From: Longimicrobiales bacterium
GTDB lineage: Bacteria; Gemmatimonadota; Gemmatimonadetes; Longimicrobiales; Gaopeijiaceae
Reading direction: 5' to 3'
Length of the DNA: 17,594 nt
Assembly (NCBI GenBank): GCA_965197725.1
Contig: CBDANQ010000025.1
Coordinates: forward strand, 1 to 17,594
Shown here: positions 8,006-17,410 of the stretch, piece after piece
Layout: each line of letters starts with the position of its first letter
How positions within the stretch are numbered: the first letter of the stretch is position 1
Made by a program: the position numbers and the translations under genes
Notes under the pieces: model-generated
The model's database searches: none
Seen by the model: only the letters and a program-made list of their open reading frames with translations
Told to the model about the DNA's origin: nothing

Positions 8006-9952
8006 CTAGGGCGCGACGGCCTCCCCTCGGAAGCGCAGGAAGAGGAAAAGCGCCGCGGCACCCCCCACGAGCGCGACCCACACGGGCAGCCCGTACGCGG
8101 TCCCGACGTTGCCGAGCGACATGCCGACAGCCGCGACGAGAAGCGCGTACGGCAACTGGGTACGGACGTGATCCATGTGGTCGCACGCCGAAGCCGTGGA
8201 CGAGAGTACCGTCGTATCCGAGATCGGGGAGCAGTGGTCTCCGAAGATCGCTCCCGCGAGCACCGACCCGGTGGCGCCGAGCAGAATGCCGACCTGCTCG
8301 CCGCCGGGGTACGTCGCGGCCCCGCCGAGTGCGACGGTGAGCGGGATCACCAGCGGAAGCATGATGGCCATGGTCCCCCACGACGTACCCGTCGCGAACG
8401 CCATTGCTGCAGAGGTGACGAAGACGATGAGGGGGATCAACTCCAGCGCGACGCGATCGGACAGCAGCCGCGACAGGTATTGGGCCGTCCCGATCTCTTC
8501 AGTGACCGCACCGAGGGACCAGGCGAGCACGAGGATGATCATCGCGATCATCATCGCCTTCATGCCGGTGAGCCACGCGTTGATGCACTCCTGGATCGTC
8601 AAGGCCTTCTGGCCCACCGAGAGTAGGATCGCCACGAGGCAGCCCGCGAGGGAGCCCCACAACAACGTGGCGAACGGATCCGCGGCTCCGAAGATGGCCA
8701 TCAGGCTGGCGAACGGATTCGGCGATCTGAAGATGTCCATGAGGGACGCATCCGGCGCGACGCTTGCCCTGCCGGTCGTGTACAGGCCCACGAGCACGAC
8801 CAGGATGACCGTCGCGACCGGGATTCCGGCGTTCCACCATACCTGGGGCGCGCCGTCCTTTGCCTCCATCAGGTGCGAGGAGGTATCGGTGGCCAGTGTG
8901 GCGTCAGGCCGGTATAAATGTCCTTCGGTGGCGGCCCTGCGCTCGGCGGCGGCCATCGGTCCGAAGTCGCGGTTCATCGCGGACGTCAGCAGCACGAAGA
9001 CGATCGTGAGCAGCGAATAGAACCGGAACGGGATCGTCTGGATGAAGATCGAGAACGGGCTTACGGCGAGCAGAGCATCCGTGCCTGCCGGGTTCTGCTG
9101 GGCGGCGATGCGGAGTCCATCGGCAATGAGGCTGATCTCGTACCCGACCCAGGTCGAGATCGGGACGAGCGCCGCAACCGGTGCGGCGGTCGAATCGACT
9201 AGGTACGCGAGCTTCTCCCGCGATATCTTCAGGCGATCGGTGATGGGCCGCATCGTATTCCCGACGATGAGCGTATTCGCGTAGTCGTCGACGAAGATCG
9301 CGAGCCCAGCGAATGCAGTCGCGAGCTTGCCTCGCCGGGCGTTACGGGCGAACGGGGCAACGGCTTGCACGATACCCATCGTGCCGCCATTGCGCGCGAT
9401 GATGCCGACCATGCCTCCGAGCAGTAGAGAGAAGACCACGACCTGCGTGTGACCGTCGTCGGTATTCGCGAGCCCGGGTACTACGAAGTGGTCGATGAGC
9501 CGCCAGGTCGCTGATATTGGATTGAATCCGGCCACAAAAAGCGCCCCGAGCCACACGCCCGCGAACAGGGCGGTGATCACCTCTCTGAAGATCAGCGCGA
9601 GCGCGATCGCGATGATGGGCGGCAACAACGAAAACCAGGGGGGTGTGAGCGTGGCATCGAGCTCCTGAGTGGTATCACCGATCCGAATCTGGAGCGGAAG
9701 CGCGTCACGCGACGTGATCAACAGGTCCATCGCTGTCGCGGAGCCGTGAGCCTCGACGGTTCCCCCGGCGAGCAGGGTCCCAGTTGCGGTCCGGATCTCG
9801 TAGAATGCCGACGGCTGGGTCCCGCCCAGCAACGTGACCGGAAAGGGAACGCCGCTGAGGATGACCGACGGCGGGTCTGAGAGCTCCTGCGCCCCTAGGC
9901 TCGCGGGCAGCGAGGCGAGCGAAACGAGAGCGGCCAGTCGGAAGAAGCGCAT
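8006..9952 (-). CDS. Na+/H+ antiporter NhaC-family transporter with N-terminal signal peptide and soluble domain
   Basis: FSLLPPIIAIALALIFREV, IFVDDYANTLIVGNTMRPITDRLKISREKLAYLVDSTAAP, FATGTSWGTMAI, GAIFGDHCSPISDTTVLSS, DHVRTQLPYA. Confidence 0.92.
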   Translation of the reverse strand: MRFFRLAALVSLASLPASLGAQELSDPPSVILSGVPFPVTLLGGTQPSAFYEIRTATGTLLAGGTVEAHGSATAMDLLITSRDALPLQIRIGDTTQELDATLTPPWFSLLPPIIAIALALIFREVITALFAGVWLGALFVAGFNPISATWRLIDHFVVPGLANTDDGHTQVVVFSLLLGGMVGIIARNGGTMGIVQAVAPFARNARRGKLATAFAGLAIFVDDYANTLIVGNTMRPITDRLKISREKLAYLVDSTAAPVAALVPISTWVGYEISLIADGLRIAAQQNPAGTDALLAVSPFSIFIQTIPFRFYSLLTIVFVLLTSAMNRDFGPMAAAERRAATEGHLYRPDATLATDTSSHLMEAKDGAPQVWWNAGIPVATVILVVLVGLYTTGRASVAPDASLMDIFRSPNPFASLMAIFGAADPFATLLWGSLAGCLVAILLSVGQKALTIQECINAWLTGMKAMMIAMIILVLAWSLGAVTEEIGTAQYLSRLLSDRVALELIPLIVFVTSAAMAFATGTSWGTMAIMLPLVIPLTVALGGAATYPGGEQVGILLGATGSVLAGAIFGDHCSPISDTTVLSSTASACDHMDHVRTQLPYALLVAAVGMSLGNVGTAYGLPVWVALVGGAAALFLFLRFRGEAVAP

Positions 9953-10144
9953 AAACGGAAGATCCGGTGGTGGAGTCGACGGCTACCTGCCTCGATAAAC
10001 CGGCGCAATCATGGGGAGTCCTACGTGTCGCTGACAAGGCTTGCGCCGACTTGCCACGGGTCGTTGACCGTAGGCCCCGGAACGCCGAACTTAGCACCGC
10101 CCACGAACCCCATAGGCTCCCTGTAGGCCCTCAGCCCGGCACGC

Positions 10145-10705
10145 ATGGCCGCAGACAACCGGATCCACGTGATGGACGAGGCCGATGTCCACCGGGCCAT
10201 TGCCCGTATGGCCCGAGAGATCGTGGAGCGGAACGGGGGCACCGAGGCGCTCACGCTCCTGGGCATCCACCGCAGGGGTACGGACATCGCTGCGCTGCTG
10301 CGCGACGAAATCGAGCGCGCCTCCGGCGACAGGGTGGCGTACGGGTCGATCGATATCACGCTGTATCGGGACGACCTGATGACGATCGGTCCGAGACCCG
10401 TCGTCGGAGCGTCTGAGCTCCCCCAGAGCGGCATCGACGACCGGAATATCGTGATCGTCGACGATGTGCTCTACAGGGGCCGCACCGCTCGGGCCGCGCT
10501 CGACGAACTCACCGACTGGGGTCGGCCCCGACGAATCTACCTCTGCGTTCTGGTGGACCGTGGGGGGCGGGAGCTCCCCATCCAGCCGGATATCGTGGGT
10601 CGGGAAGTCCCGGTGATGGAGAACCAGCGTGTCGACGTGCTCGTGCCGGCGCTGGATGGGCGTCTCGGAGTAGAGATCGCGTTCCTCGACCCCGAGTCAC
10701 AGTGA
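10145..10705 (+). CDS. pyrR: Pyrimidine operon regulator / uracil phosphoribosyltransferase PyrR
   Basis: [47 protein letters not shown]. Confidence 0.95.
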   Translation: MAADNRIHVMDEADVHRAIARMAREIVERNGGTEALTLLGIHRRGTDIAALLRDEIERASGDRVAYGSIDITLYRDDLMTIGPRPVVGASELPQSGIDDRNIVIVDDVLYRGRTARAALDELTDWGRPRRIYLCVLVDRGGRELPIQPDIVGREVPVMENQRVDVLVPALDGRLGVEIAFLDPESQ

Positions 10706-11673
10706 ATCCGTCGGTCTCTTCCCTAGGGAAAAACCTCGTCGGCCTCGAGGCCCTCTCCCGCAGTCAGATTCTCTCCATTCTCGACACGGCAGAGCCGTTC
10801 AAGGAAATCTCGGAGCGTCGCATCAAGAAGGTCCCGGTCCTTCGAGGTAAGACGATCGTCAACCTCTTCTTCGAGGCATCGACGCGCACACGCGTCTCAT
10901 TCGAGTTCGCCGAGAAGCGACTCAGCGCCGACACCGTGAACATTCCGGCGAGCGGCTCATCGGTGGTGAAGGGTGAGACACTGGTCGACACCGCACGCAA
11001 CCTGGAGGCGATGCGCATCGATATGGTCGTCATGCGCCACGGCTCGTCGGGCGCGGCGCGCTTCTTGGCCGAGAGGATTCCGTCCAGCGTCATCAACGCG
11101 GGTGACGGCCGGCACGAGCATCCCACGCAGGCGCTACTCGACCTCTTGACGATCCGAGACCATCTGGGACGCATCGAGGGGCTCAGGGTCTGCATCGTCG
11201 GGGACGTCTTGCACTCGCGGGTGGCGCGCTCGAACATATTCGGGCTCCTGACGCTGGGCGCGGAAGTCGCGGTTTGCGGCCCGCCGACGCTCATGCCACC
11301 TGCGATCGAGCAGTTGGGCGTGACTGCCTTCACTCGCATCGAAGAAGCGATCGAGTGGGCGGAGGTGCTGAACGTGCTGCGGCTACAGATGGAGCGCATG
11401 CATGGCGGCTACGTCCCGAGCCTGCGGGAGTACAACCGCGTCTGGGGTGTGACCACTCCACGACTCGACGCTGCTCCGAGGGACGTGCTCGTCCTTCACC
11501 CCGGTCCGATGAACCGTGGCGTGGAGATCGATTCCGACGTGGCGGATGGCCCCCACTCGGTCATTCTGAATCAGGTCACCAACGGCGTCGCCGTTCGCAT
11601 GGCGGTCCTGTACCTGCTCGCCGGCGGTCAGCAGGAGAGCGCGGAAGCCGCGAAGCAGGGAGGTGATGCGTGA
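10702..11673 (+). CDS. pyrB: Aspartate carbamoyltransferase catalytic subunit
   Basis: [66 protein letters not shown]. Confidence 0.98.
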   Translation: MNPSVSSLGKNLVGLEALSRSQILSILDTAEPFKEISERRIKKVPVLRGKTIVNLFFEASTRTRVSFEFAEKRLSADTVNIPASGSSVVKGETLVDTARNLEAMRIDMVVMRHGSSGAARFLAERIPSSVINAGDGRHEHPTQALLDLLTIRDHLGRIEGLRVCIVGDVLHSRVARSNIFGLLTLGAEVAVCGPPTLMPPAIEQLGVTAFTRIEEAIEWAEVLNVLRLQMERMHGGYVPSLREYNRVWGVTTPRLDAAPRDVLVLHPGPMNRGVEIDSDVADGPHSVILNQVTNGVAVRMAVLYLLAGGQQESAEAAKQGGDA

Positions 11674-12959
11674 GCGAGAAGCTCCTGCTCAGGGGTGGAC
11701 GGGTTCTCGACCCGAGCCAGGATCTGGACGGTGTGCGGGACGTTCTGCTCGCCGACGGCGTGGTGGCCGCGCTGGGTGAGCAAGTCGATGCCCCCGAGGA
11801 CGCGCGCGTCATCGATTGCGGCGGCCTCCTGGTGACCCCTGGGCTCATCGACGTGCACGTGCACCTGCGCGAGCCGGGCGGAGAGCACAAGGAAACGATC
11901 GCCACCGGCGCCCGCGCCGCGGCAGCTGGAGGCTTCACCGCGGTGTGCGCGATGCCGAACACCGATCCCGCGATGGACGATCCGGCCTCTGTCGGGTTCG
12001 TCGCCGCCGAGGGGCGGAGGGCGCAAGCGGCGCGGGTCTATCCCGTCGGTTGCATCTCCGTTGGCCGCGTCGGGAAGCGACTCGCGCCCCTCGGAGAGAT
12101 GGTGGACGCCGGGGCTGTCGCGATCACCGACGACGGGAGCCCGGTCATGAACTCGGGTCTGATGCGTCTCGCGCTCGAGTACGCGCAAGCGTTCGGAATC
12201 CCGGTCGCCGACCACCCGGAGGACCTTGGGCTATCGCCGTCCGGGCAGATGAACGAGGGGCTGGTGGCCACGAGACTCGGTCTCACTGGGAAGCCGAACG
12301 CCATGGAGGACATCCATATCCTCCGTGACATCATGCTCGCCGAGCTGACCGGGGGGCACCTCCACCTGCAGCACGTTTCGACGCGCTTCGGGGTGGAGTC
12401 GATCCGGCAGGCCAAGGTCAGGGGGGTGCACGTCACGGCCGAGGCCTCGCCGCACCACCTTGTACTCACGGAGGAGGCGGTCGACGGCTACCGGACCGAG
12501 GCCAAGATGAACCCGCCGCTACGCGCGCAAGCGGACGTGGACGCGGTGCGAACCGGGCTGGCGGATGGCACGCTCGACATCATCGCGACGGACCACGCGC
12601 CGCACCACTATGACGAAAAGGAGGCCGCGTTCGACGACGCTCCGAACGGGATCGTGGGTCTGGAGACCGCGGTGGGCATCGTGCTCACGAGGGTGGTGAA
12701 CGAGGGCGTGATCGATCTCGCTACGATGGTCGAGCGTATGAGCTGTCATCCTGCGCGGGTCTTCGGGCTAACGGGTGGCACGCTCGCGGAGGGCAGCGTC
12801 GCCGATGTTTCCGTGCTCGACCTCGACGCGCAGTGGACGGTCGATACGGCTGCGTTCCTGTCGAAGAGCCGGAACACGCCGTTCGCCGATTGGATGCTGA
12901 GGGGAGCCCCGGCGCGTACGATCGTCGGAGGGAAGACCGTCTGGGAGGCTGCTAGGTGA
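11670..12959 (+). CDS. pyrC: Dihydroorotase (long type)
   Basis: [41 protein letters not shown]; metal-ligand HxH intact. Confidence 0.96.
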   Translation: MSEKLLLRGGRVLDPSQDLDGVRDVLLADGVVAALGEQVDAPEDARVIDCGGLLVTPGLIDVHVHLREPGGEHKETIATGARAAAAGGFTAVCAMPNTDPAMDDPASVGFVAAEGRRAQAARVYPVGCISVGRVGKRLAPLGEMVDAGAVAITDDGSPVMNSGLMRLALEYAQAFGIPVADHPEDLGLSPSGQMNEGLVATRLGLTGKPNAMEDIHILRDIMLAELTGGHLHLQHVSTRFGVESIRQAKVRGVHVTAEASPHHLVLTEEAVDGYRTEAKMNPPLRAQADVDAVRTGLADGTLDIIATDHAPHHYDEKEAAFDDAPNGIVGLETAVGIVLTRVVNEGVIDLATMVERMSCHPARVFGLTGGTLAEGSVADVSVLDLDAQWTVDTAAFLSKSRNTPFADWMLRGAPARTIVGGKTVWEAAR

Positions 12960-13206
12960 GCGAATTGACGTGTCGCGCAAGCTGACCTTTCACGCGGGCC
13001 GCCCGATTGGGGTGGTAGAGACGCTGCGTGGCCGCGCGGTCCAGCATCGCGATGACATCACGAAGGTGAGCCTGACCCTCTTCGGCGGACTGGGCGTGGC
13101 GGACCCTCTTGATGGCCGTGCGGATGCGTGCGCGCTCGGACCGGTTCTTGGCTCGGGCCACGGCGCTCAACCCCATCCGCTTCTTGGCGCTCTTGATGTT
13201 CGGCAT
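12952..13206 (-). CDS. rpsT: 30S ribosomal protein S20
   Basis: MPNIKSAKKRM, RIRTAIKRV, LDRAA...HPNRAARVK. Confidence 0.96.
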   Translation of the reverse strand: MPNIKSAKKRMGLSAVARAKNRSERARIRTAIKRVRHAQSAEEGQAHLRDVIAMLDRAATQRLYHPNRAARVKGQLARHVNSLT

Positions 13207-13309
13207 ACGCCCCTCGGGGCGCGGTCAGTTCGTTCGGTTACGAGCCAGTAAAGCTAGAACCGACGCATGATGGGATCAACGGGTATGGAGGGGTTAGCTT
13301 AAGGGCACC

Positions 13310-13963
13310 ATGGAAGTCGTCCTTCTCATCGCCGTCCTCATTTTCTCGGTCGTAGTGCACGAAGTCGCGCACGCCTGGCAGGCTCGCCGGGAGGGTGACG
13401 ACACCGCGGACCGACTCGGGCGTATCACGCTGAACCCCCTGCCACATCTCGACCCCATCGGCTCCGTGATCGTTCCGCTCGTGCTGCACTTCACCGGGAG
13501 TGGCTTCTTGTTCGGCTGGGCGAGGCCGGTGCCGGTGAACCCAGCGAACTACCGGCGCCCGGTCTGGGGTGACGTCCGCGTCTCGATGGCAGGGATCGTG
13601 TCAAACCTGGGTCTGGCGGTTCTGTCGACGTTGGGCTTGGCGATCGCAGTCAAGGCCCAGAGCAGCCTCGGCTCCTTGGGCGGCACCACGGCGCTGGCGG
13701 CTCAGGCGGCGTACTACGGTGTGCTCATCAACCTCGTGCTCGCGTTCTTCAACCTGATTCCGATCCCGCCCTTGGACGGCTCGCACGTTCTCTTCCATGT
13801 GCTGCCGAGGCCGCTGGCGATGCGTTACCGGGAGGCGGGACGCTACGGGCTGCTCCTCATGATGGGAGTGTTCTTCTTCTTACCGGGTGTCTTCAGATAC
13901 GTCCTGTGGCCGGTGACGTTCTTCGCGGGGCTCGCCACCGAGTTCGCTCGCCTATGGATCTGA
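13310..13963 (+). CDS. Site-2 protease (peptidase M50)
   Basis: HEVAH zinc motif, GRITLNPLPHLDPIG, FGWARPVPVN, FNLIPIPPLDGS. Confidence 0.94.
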   Translation: MEVVLLIAVLIFSVVVHEVAHAWQARREGDDTADRLGRITLNPLPHLDPIGSVIVPLVLHFTGSGFLFGWARPVPVNPANYRRPVWGDVRVSMAGIVSNLGLAVLSTLGLAIAVKAQSSLGSLGGTTALAAQAAYYGVLINLVLAFFNLIPIPPLDGSHVLFHVLPRPLAMRYREAGRYGLLLMMGVFFFLPGVFRYVLWPVTFFAGLATEFARLWI

Positions 13964-14781
13964 CGGTCGCCGAGAGCGCCACCGAGCGCGAGGGCTCCTT
14001 CCTCGTCGAGTTCGAGCGCTTCCAGGGGCCGCTCGACCTGCTGATGCACCTCATCCGGTCGCAGGACATCGACATCTTCGAGATCCCGATCTCGACCATC
14101 ACCAAACAATTCCTCCAGGCGATCCGGGAATTGGACCCTCACGACCTGGATGGAGCCGGAGAATTCCTGGAGATGGCGGCGACGCTGGTGCGTATCAAAG
14201 CGCAGATGCTCCTGCCGCGCTCGGTCGACGAGGAGGACCCAGACCCCCGAGCGGAGCTCGTGCGTCGGCTGCTCGAGTACGAGCAGATTCGCGAGATCTC
14301 CGTGCGTCTGCGAGCCGCGGAGGCGGATCGGTTCAGGCGATTCGGAAAGGCGTACATCCCGCCGCGCCCGAAGACGCCTCAAGCCGAGGTTCCACTCGAG
14401 ACCACCTGGGATGAGGTGTACGCCGCTGCTCTTCTGGTCGAGATGCCCGTTCCGCGGAAGCGGGAGCACCGCATCACGATCCATACGGTGTCCATGCAGG
14501 CCAAGGTCGTTCTGATCCTGGACGCGCTCAAGCAGGAGTCCCGGGTCGAGTTCACGCGCCTGCTGACCGGCTTCAAGGATCGCACGCACGGGGTGATGAC
14601 GTTTCTGGCTGGTCTGGAGCTGACACGCCGCGGTGTGCTCCTCCTGCGGCAGACGCGGCCGTTTGCCGAGCTGTGGATCTATCGCAGGAACGAGCAAGTC
14701 GAGGAGGAGCCTCTGGCCGAAGCCGAGGCTCCCGAGCAGCCTCGCGCCGAACCCCGACCTGATGAAGGAGCGGAAGCTTGA
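13954..14781 (+). CDS. scpA: Segregation and condensation protein A
   Basis: FQGPLDLLMHLIR, IDIFEIPI, FLEMAATLVRIKAQMLLP, DPRAELVRRLLEY, TFLAGLEL. ATG 13954 chosen as the start because it overlaps the protease stop region; start uncertain. Confidence 0.93.
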   Translation: MDLTVAESATEREGSFLVEFERFQGPLDLLMHLIRSQDIDIFEIPISTITKQFLQAIRELDPHDLDGAGEFLEMAATLVRIKAQMLLPRSVDEEDPDPRAELVRRLLEYEQIREISVRLRAAEADRFRRFGKAYIPPRPKTPQAEVPLETTWDEVYAAALLVEMPVPRKREHRITIHTVSMQAKVVLILDALKQESRVEFTRLLTGFKDRTHGVMTFLAGLELTRRGVLLLRQTRPFAELWIYRRNEQVEEEPLAEAEAPEQPRAEPRPDEGAEA

Positions 14782-15492
14782 ACGCGCCTCAAATCGTGGA
14801 AGCGGTCCTTTTTTCGTCGGATGCTCCCCTTACCCCGGACGAGATTGCGCGCGCGGACGAGCTGCTCGATGAAGACCGAGTCGAAGAGGCACTCCAGTCG
14901 CTGCAGGCAGAGTACGATGACGCGCAAAGGGCCTTCCAGCTCGTGGAGGTCGCGGGGGGTTATCAGATCCTGACGCGCCCCGAATACGCACCGTATCTGG
15001 AGCGTTTCGACAATGTGCCACGCCCGGCGCGGCTCTCGGGTCCGTCGCTCGAGACGCTCGCGATCATCGCCTACCGCCAGCCGATCGGACGATTGGAGGT
15101 CGAGTACGTGCGCGGAGTGGGGGCGTCGGGCGTGATCCGTACTTTGCAGGATCGCCGCCTGATCGACGTAGTCGGACGAGGGGGAGGGGCTCGGCCGGCC
15201 GCTCTTGTACGGCACCACGACGCACTTCCTCGAACACTTCGGTTTCAGGTCTGTCGAGGATCTGCCCCGCCCCGAGGAGCTTCCGATAATCTTGCGCGAG
15301 CGACAGCCGCTCGGCCCCGAGGGGGAAGAAGCCGAGGGCGGAGAGGGCAACGAGGAGCAGGAGTCGCTGGCGCTCAGCGACGGCGCAACGGACGGCGCAA
15401 CGGACGGCGCAACGGACGCCGCAACGGACGGCGCCGCGGACGTCGTCTCCGAGCCGGATATCGGCGACGAAGACCAGTCTCGAACCGACTAG
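14778..15492 (+). CDS. scpB: SMC-Scp complex subunit ScpB, with +1 frameshift at the G5 run 15180-15184
   Basis: VEAVLF, LVEVAGGYQ, LETLAIIAYRQPI, VRGV. Removing one G gives VVGRGEGLGRPLLYGTTTHFLEHFG..DLP, ending at TAG 15490-15492. Confidence 0.92.
15379..15438 (+). repeat. 12-bp tandem repeat in the ScpB acidic tail
   Basis: GACGGCGCAACG three times exactly, then GACGCCGCAACG and GACGGCGCCGCG (DGAT-DGAT-DGAT-DAAT-DGAA). Confidence 0.9.
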
Positions 15493-15498
15493 CACGCG

Positions 15499-16228
15499 GT
15501 GTCCGAAGGGATCCGCGTCCAGAAGTACCTGTCTCGTGCGGGACGCGCGTCCAGGCGGGAAGCAGAGCGGTTGATGCTTGCGGGACGAGTCAGCGTGAAC
15601 GGGAAGGTCGTTCGCGAGTTGGGCGTCCGCGTGGTGCAGGGTCGCGACACCGTAGAGGTGGACGGCGAATTAGTCACCCGCACCCAAGCGCGGTGGATCG
15701 CGTTCCACAAGCCGCCGGGGGTGCTCACCACCAGGAGTGATCCGCAAGGGGGCAGGACCGTGTACGATCTCTTGCCGCCTGAGCTGGGGGCGTTGCGCTA
15801 CGTGGGCCGCCTCGATCGACCGACGGAGGGACTGCTGCTGCTGACCAACGACGGAGACGCCGCGAACGGACTCCAGCATCCCAGCCGCAGCGTGGAGCGA
15901 GAGTATCTGGTTGTGGCAAACGGAGACGTGGGTCGAGAGAGCCTGGCGGCTCTGACGCACGGCGTCGATCTCGAGGACGGCCCAGCCAGGGTCGCTTCGG
16001 CCCGGATCGTCGCGCGCGGGGCGTATGACACCACACTCCGGTTGGTCCTGACCGAAGGCAGGAAGAGAGAAGTTCGACGCATGATGCTCGAGATCGGGCA
16101 TGGCGTAAGTCGGGCTCGTCCGACTCCGCTTCGGCACCGTCGATCTCGGAGATCTGGAGGCAGGTGCCTGGCGCGATCTCGAGCTTGACGAGCGAAAGAG
16201 CCTGGTGGCTCTATCCATCAAGAGGTGA
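15499..16228 (+). CDS. rluB: RsuA/RluB-family rRNA pseudouridine synthase, with +1 frameshift at GGG 16112-16114
   Basis: S4 domain ([17 protein letters not shown]), HKPPG, catalytic [23 protein letters not shown]. Removing one G restores [25 protein letters not shown] to TGA 16226-16228. Confidence 0.88.
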
Positions 16229-16230
16229 TC

Positions 16231-16869
16231 ATGTCCGACCTTCCCAACCTCACCGTGGTCGACCATCCGCTCATCAGGCACAAGCTGGGGTTGTTACGCT
16301 CGGTCGATACGCCCACGAAGCTCTTTCGGGAGCTCGTCGAAGAGATCGCGATGCTCATGGCGTACGAGGTGACGCGTACGCTCGAGGAAGAGGAGGTCGA
16401 GGTCGTTACGCCGCTCGAGACCATGACCGGGCATCGCATCGCGGGTAGAAAACTCGTGGTTGTGCCCGTGCTGCGGGCGGGGCTGGGCATGGTCGAAGGT
16501 GTGCTGCGCCTCATCCCGAGCGCACGGGTCGGGCACGTCCGCTTGGCGCGCGACGAAGAGTCTCTGCAGCCCGTCGAGTACTACTTCAGGGTGCCGAGCG
16601 AGTCCGAAGCGCGGCGTTTCCTCGTAGTCGATCCCATGCTCGCGACCGGTGGGTCCGCTTCCGCGGCGATCGCGCGGCTCAAGAAACGCGGCGTGCGCGG
16701 CATCACGTACATGTGCCTAGTCGCGGCCCCCGAAGGTGTGCGTGCCGTGGCCGAGGCTCATCCGGACGTGGCGCTCTTCACAGGCGTTCTGGACCGGCAA
16801 CTCAACAACGTGGGCTACATCTTGCCGGGTCTCGGGGACGCGGGCGATCGACTCTTCGGAACCAGGTAG
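16231..16869 (+). CDS. upp: Uracil phosphoribosyltransferase
   Basis: [50 protein letters not shown]. Confidence 0.97.
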   Translation: MSDLPNLTVVDHPLIRHKLGLLRSVDTPTKLFRELVEEIAMLMAYEVTRTLEEEEVEVVTPLETMTGHRIAGRKLVVVPVLRAGLGMVEGVLRLIPSARVGHVRLARDEESLQPVEYYFRVPSESEARRFLVVDPMLATGGSASAAIARLKKRGVRGITYMCLVAAPEGVRAVAEAHPDVALFTGVLDRQLNNVGYILPGLGDAGDRLFGTR

Positions 16870-16872
16870 ACG

Positions 16873-17259
16873 CTAGTGAAACGAGCGCCGAGACTTCCAT
16901 GTCTCGGGGTGGAAGAGCAGCAGCACCGTGTAGATTTCGAGCCGGCCGACGAGCATGAAGAAGGAGAGCACGAGCAGCGCGGGGTCTGACATCCACCCGT
17001 AGTTGTCCGTGGCGCCGATGAGGTTGACTTCGTCTTTGCTCGTGACCGCCAGCAGCATGCTCGCGTCGCTGATTCCGGCCTTTTCCAGCACCGGCAGCGA
17101 AGCGCCGTTACATACGACAGTGAGCACGTCGAGCTGTTGCGAAGCGAAGTCCGCCCGCTCCGGATCGGACTCGATTAGGATGACGTCCTGATTTTCTTCG
17201 GAGAGGCGCTTGGCCAGGTGGAAACCCACCTCGCCTGCGCCGAGAACGAGCACCTTCAT
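16873..17259 (-). pseudogene. In-frame chimera of TrkA N-terminus (about 81 aa) and TrkH C-terminus (about 47 aa)
   Basis: MKVLVLGAGEVGFHLAKRLS...AVTSKDEVNLI (TrkA RCK-N) is followed directly by GATDNYGWMSD...FMLVGRLEIYTVLLLFHPETWK (TrkH terminal GRLE motif). Confidence 0.88.
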
Positions 17260-17393
17260 GCGAGAGCTCTCTCGCGGGCGTGCGAGTGCGGCGTCCAGGA
17301 CGGACGGCGCTGGCGACAGGAAGCTAGTAAGAAGCTTCTGGCAGCAGTACAGCTCGCCGCGTCATCGGGCACTGCGCAAACCGGGGCTCGGGC

Positions 17394-17401
17394 TGTATCT
17401 T
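17394..17401 (+). promoter_or_regulatory. Possible -10 element of the tRNA promoter
   Basis: TG followed by TATCTT, ending 9 bp before the tRNA; no clear -35. Confidence 0.3.
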
Positions 17402-17410
17402 CTTCGCCCC

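Noticed and set aside
3062..9284. Long plus-strand ORFs (such as 3117-4310, 5885-6985, 7052-7945, 8175-9020)
   Set aside because: Antisense shadows of the minus-strand genes, expected in GC-rich DNA; no recognisable motifs.
10064..10092. Sigma70 promoter for pyrR (TTGACC-17 bp-GAACTT)
   Set aside because: The -35 is good but the -10 lacks the first T; too weak to call without TSS data.
11670..12959. Inactive PyrC' scaffold subunit
   Set aside because: Zinc ligands (HVH, ADH, LQH) and the catalytic Asp in TDHAPH are present.
14778..15740. 320-aa ScpB with Arg-rich RRNG-repeat tail
   Set aside because: This is the out-of-frame read-through after the G5 frameshift; the true C-terminus is in the 15205-15492 frame.
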